Assembly (NCBI GenBank): GCA_965250005.1 | Contig: OZ252279.1 | Span: forward strand, 1,290,001-1,322,000 | Length of the DNA stretch: 32,000 nt | Reading direction: 5' to 3' | From: Demequinaceae bacterium | GTDB lineage: Bacteria; Actinomycetota; Actinomycetes; Actinomycetales; Demequinaceae | In this document: positions 29,533 to 32,000 of the stretch, piece by piece | How the letters are laid out: each line of letters opens with the position of its first letter | How positions within the stretch are numbered: the first letter of the stretch is position 1 | Notes under the pieces: generated by a model | Told to the model about the DNA's origin: nothing | The model's input: only the letters and a program-made list of their open reading frames with translations | Databases searched by the model: none | Translations under genes and position numbers: made by a program

Positions 29533-30033
29533 CTAGAAGCTCAAGTCGACGCAGAGGTCAGCCGAAGCCAGGTCTGCCGTGATGTACGGGATCTCGCGGA
29601 GGTGCGGCTGCCCGGTTCGGTAGTCATAGCGAGCGCGAGCAAGCCCGCTCTCGATAAGCCACAAACCAACGTCCTCGCCACCGTACTCGACGTAGCGCAG
29701 CAGACGGTCGTAGCGGTCACGGTTGGTGTCGGCGCCTGGGACCAGCGTGACGACCTGACCGCGCACTCTATCGTTGAGCGCGGCCCGCGCCTCCGAGTAC
29801 CCGCAATCGTCAATCTCGGGAGTATCGATCCCGATGACCCGGACGGTCTCTTCCACGCCGGCGCGGACGGCCACCAGGGTGTCGCCGTCGTACACCGTGG
29901 TCACCGTCCAGTCCTCGCCACCGGCGCCAGGACCGCCCTCGGGAAGGTGTCCTTGGCCTTGCGCCCACATCACGGCGCCAACGATCGCCAACACCGCCAA
30001 TGCGAGCAAGAGGTCTCTCAGGCGCTTCGACAC
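29533..30033 (-). CDS. Secreted or membrane-anchored thermonuclease (staphylococcal nuclease-like)
   Basis: N-terminal anchor LLLALAVLAIVGAVMW, then the SNase motifs VYDGDTL, VRVIGIDTPE, DRYDRLLRYV and GLARA.YD. Confidence 0.8.
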   Translation of the reverse strand: MSKRLRDLLLALAVLAIVGAVMWAQGQGHLPEGGPGAGGEDWTVTTVYDGDTLVAVRAGVEETVRVIGIDTPEIDDCGYSEARAALNDRVRGQVVTLVPGADTNRDRYDRLLRYVEYGGEDVGLWLIESGLARARYDYRTGQPHLREIPYITADLASADLCVDLSF

Positions 30034-30051
30034 TCCACCATCTTCGCAGGC

Positions 30052-30979
30052 CTAGAGCTCGTGAGTTCCTGATGCCGCGCGGGCTTCGCGAGCGAGGCCA
30101 TCGGCTACGAGCGTCTCAAAGCACCGGTCCAGTTGCCCTGGCTCCACGTCCTTCAGCTCGACGCGGCCCGTGATGGCGATTGGCCTCGTGCCGTCCCGCA
30201 GAGTCGCCATGATCCGGCCGCGAACCTGTCGATCCGTACCGGCCCACGGCTGGGACCGGCGTGGCGCGTCAGCTAAACCGGGCTTGCCCTTCGCAAGCCA
30301 CCGGCAGTCGTCTGCTACCGGACAGGCGTCGCAGTTCAGCGATCGGGACGTACAGATCAACGCTCCCAGTTCCATCGCAGCGACGTTCCAGCGAGCAGAC
30401 GCTGCGCCGTCGACCGGCACCAGCGCATCGGCCGCGTCGCGCTCAAGCGCGCGTAATGTGGCCAGGAGGCAGCGCCCGGCCGCGCCACACCCTTCCAATC
30501 ACGCGCCTCACGTTGGTATCGAGCACCACCGCCCGACGGCCGAACGCGAACGCCATGACCGCCATGACCGCCATGACCGCCGCCGCAGTGTACTCACCTA
30601 CGCCAGGCAGCGTGCGCAGGTCCGTCTCGGTGATCGGCACCTCCCCGTCCAAATCGCGCTCGATGGCCTGCGCGCACTCGCGCAGCCACTTGGCTCGACG
30701 CGGATACCCTAGCCGCCCCCAAGCTCGCACCACGTCAGCCTGCGGCGCTGCCGCCAGCGCGCCGGGCGTGGGCCACCGCATCATCCACTCGCGCCACAGT
30801 GGGAGCGCGCGGTCCACGGGCGTCTGCTGAAGCATGACCTCGCTGACCAAAACTCCCCAAGCGAAAGAATCGGCTTCACGCCACGGAAGCGCCCGGCCCT
30901 CGCGGTCGTACCACCTGCCTATTCGCTCCACCACCGCGGCCGTGCGGCGTGTGTTCGGCTCCTGAGATTTCTGCGGCAT
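30052..30979 (-). pseudogene. mutY: A/G-specific adenine DNA glycosylase MutY, interrupted by a frameshift
   Basis: The N-terminal part (30443..30979) contains LPWRE...W.VLVSEVMLQQT, LGYPRRA, LPGVGEYTAAAV..FAFG and VLDTNVRRV, and ends in a stop at 30443-30445. The continuation, with MELGALICTSRSLNCDACPVADDC (Fe-S loop) and a C-terminal NUDIX-like region, lies in another frame (30052..30498). Confidence 0.75.
30552..30578 (-). repeat. Perfect 3x tandem repeat of 9 nt (GCCATGACC on the + strand) inside mutY, encoding (VMA)3
   Basis: Read directly as identical units at 30552-30560, 30561-30569 and 30570-30578. They translate as AAAVMAVMAVMAFAFG. Confidence 0.9.
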
Positions 30980-31038
30980 GGCTGCAGTGTCCCAGCGCCC
31001 GGCGGCGTTAACGTAGAAGCAGCCCTGAAGGAGGAGCG

Positions 31039-31647
31039 GTGGACGGAATTCAGCGCCCGGTGGGCGATTTGCCCGCAGAGGTCTATTGGCGACGTCGCGT
31101 CGTGGCCATCGGCCTGCTCATCCTCGCGGTGCTGGTGTTGTACTACCTGGTCAAACCCCTCTTTGGATCACCGGAATCGGCCCCGACTCCCACGCCCACT
31201 CCAACACCTTCGCCCAGCGCATCGGCGCCCGTGGATCTCACCACGGCGCGCGCATGCGGCCCCGCCGACTTGACGATAGTGGTCGCCCCTAGCCCACGCG
31301 ACTTTCCCGCCGGCTCCATCCCTCTGTTCAACGTCACCATCAATCACACGGGATTCACGGACTGTGTGCTCGACACCGCCGCGGAAGACGCCCAACTACT
31401 GGTGACCAGCGGAAGCGACCGAATATGGTCCAACATCGACTGCCCCGCTGGAGACCTATTCTCTCCAACCGTCGAACTGCTATCGCCCGACGACACCAGG
31501 GCGCTGACCGTGACATGGCCGCGCATCCGCTCAGACCAGCAGTGCTCGACCACTCTGCCCGCGCCCGGGGCACCTGGCACCTACCGTGCTCTGGTCACAC
31601 TCCAGGGGATCGAAGCTGAAGTCGCGGTCTTCACGTTGAGCAACTAG
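31039..31647 (+). CDS. Membrane-anchored exported protein with a Thr/Pro linker and a Cys-containing beta-rich domain (hypothetical; occupies the position of Rv3587c-type genes)
   Basis: The GTG start is preceded by AGGAGG. One TM (VVAIGLLILAVLVLYYLV) is followed by the linker PTPTPTPTPSPS and a roughly 140-aa domain with 4 Cys. The family was not recognised with confidence. Confidence 0.6.
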   Translation: MDGIQRPVGDLPAEVYWRRRVVAIGLLILAVLVLYYLVKPLFGSPESAPTPTPTPTPSPSASAPVDLTTARACGPADLTIVVAPSPRDFPAGSIPLFNVTINHTGFTDCVLDTAAEDAQLLVTSGSDRIWSNIDCPAGDLFSPTVELLSPDDTRALTVTWPRIRSDQQCSTTLPAPGAPGTYRALVTLQGIEAEVAVFTLSN

Positions 31648-31656
31648 CGCAGCGCT

Positions 31657-32000
31657 TCAATTGGGCAGAGCTAGTTGGACGGCCTGCGCAATGGTGTCGA
31701 CGCGGTGTACCTTGATGGGCGATGGTGGAATGGTCGCGGTACCTGCCGGGACAATCATGTCGGTGAACCCGAGCCTGGCGGCCTCTGCTACGCGTTGAGC
31801 GAGGCCGCGAATGGGCCGAATCTCCCCGGACAACGCAACCTCCCCTACCGCTGCTATTTTTTGTTTGACGGCGCGATCACTGCGCGCGCTTGCGAGCGCC
31901 AACGCAAGAGCAAGGTCTGCGGCAGGCTCGACTACGCGGGCGCCACCAATGGTGCCGACGTAGACGTCCTCCGTTCCCACAGCGAGGCCGGCTCGACGCT
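31657..32000 (-). CDS. radA: DNA repair protein RadA (C-terminal Lon-protease-like domain; 5' part lies beyond the window)
   Basis: The C-terminal sequence GGARVVEPAADLALALALASA....AVGEVALSGEIRPIRGLAQRVAEAARLGF...IVPAG matches the RadA/Sms C-terminus. The ORF is open to the window edge. Confidence 0.85.
   Translation of the reverse strand, partial: RRAGLAVGTEDVYVGTIGGARVVEPAADLALALALASARSDRAVKQKIAAVGEVALSGEIRPIRGLAQRVAEAARLGFTDMIVPAGTATIPPSPIKVHRVDTIAQAVQLALPN

Overview
This is a GC-rich actinobacterial chromosomal core region. Gene order closely parallels the Mycobacterium tuberculosis Rv3721c-Rv3585 neighbourhood, with SRP RNA-dnaX-recR, lysC(ask)-asd, ponA2-type PBP plus metallophosphoesterase, DUF4177-RidA, crp, nth, glnR, clpC1, mutY and radA. 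I support 3 tRNAs (Ser-CGA, Ser-GGA, Pro-CGG), an SRP (4.5S-type) RNA, about 35 protein genes, one VapBC toxin-antitoxin pair, two likely pseudogenes and two short in-frame tandem repeats. Many track ORFs are antisense or out-of-frame artefacts of the high GC content, and several true genes start at internal codons. The most interesting signal is a diverged duplicated two-gene module on the minus strand, at 4667..6807 and 9271..11378. Each copy encodes a roughly 210-aa N-terminally anchored exported protein joined by an ATGA overlap to a roughly 500-aa polytopic membrane protein. The two copies bracket the ask-asd operon, I cannot assign either protein to a named family, and copy 1 is followed by a truncated ABC-ATPase remnant. 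Second in interest is mutY, which looks inactivated twice: a frameshift explained by loss of one CG unit in a (CG)n run, and a 9-nt triplication that adds 6 aa inside the helix-hairpin-helix region. Smaller observations are the in-frame internal RBS and start for the aspartokinase beta subunit, a Trp/Pro-rich acidic tail with a 12-nt repeat on the class A PBP, an uncharacterised coiled-coil-like ORF overlapping the crp start, two small ORFs below the track cutoff, leaderless-type start contexts, a candidate ClgR operator upstream of clpC1, and a Tyr at the expected proximal-His position of a nitrobindin-like protein. All family assignments come from motifs read by eye, and no database search was run.
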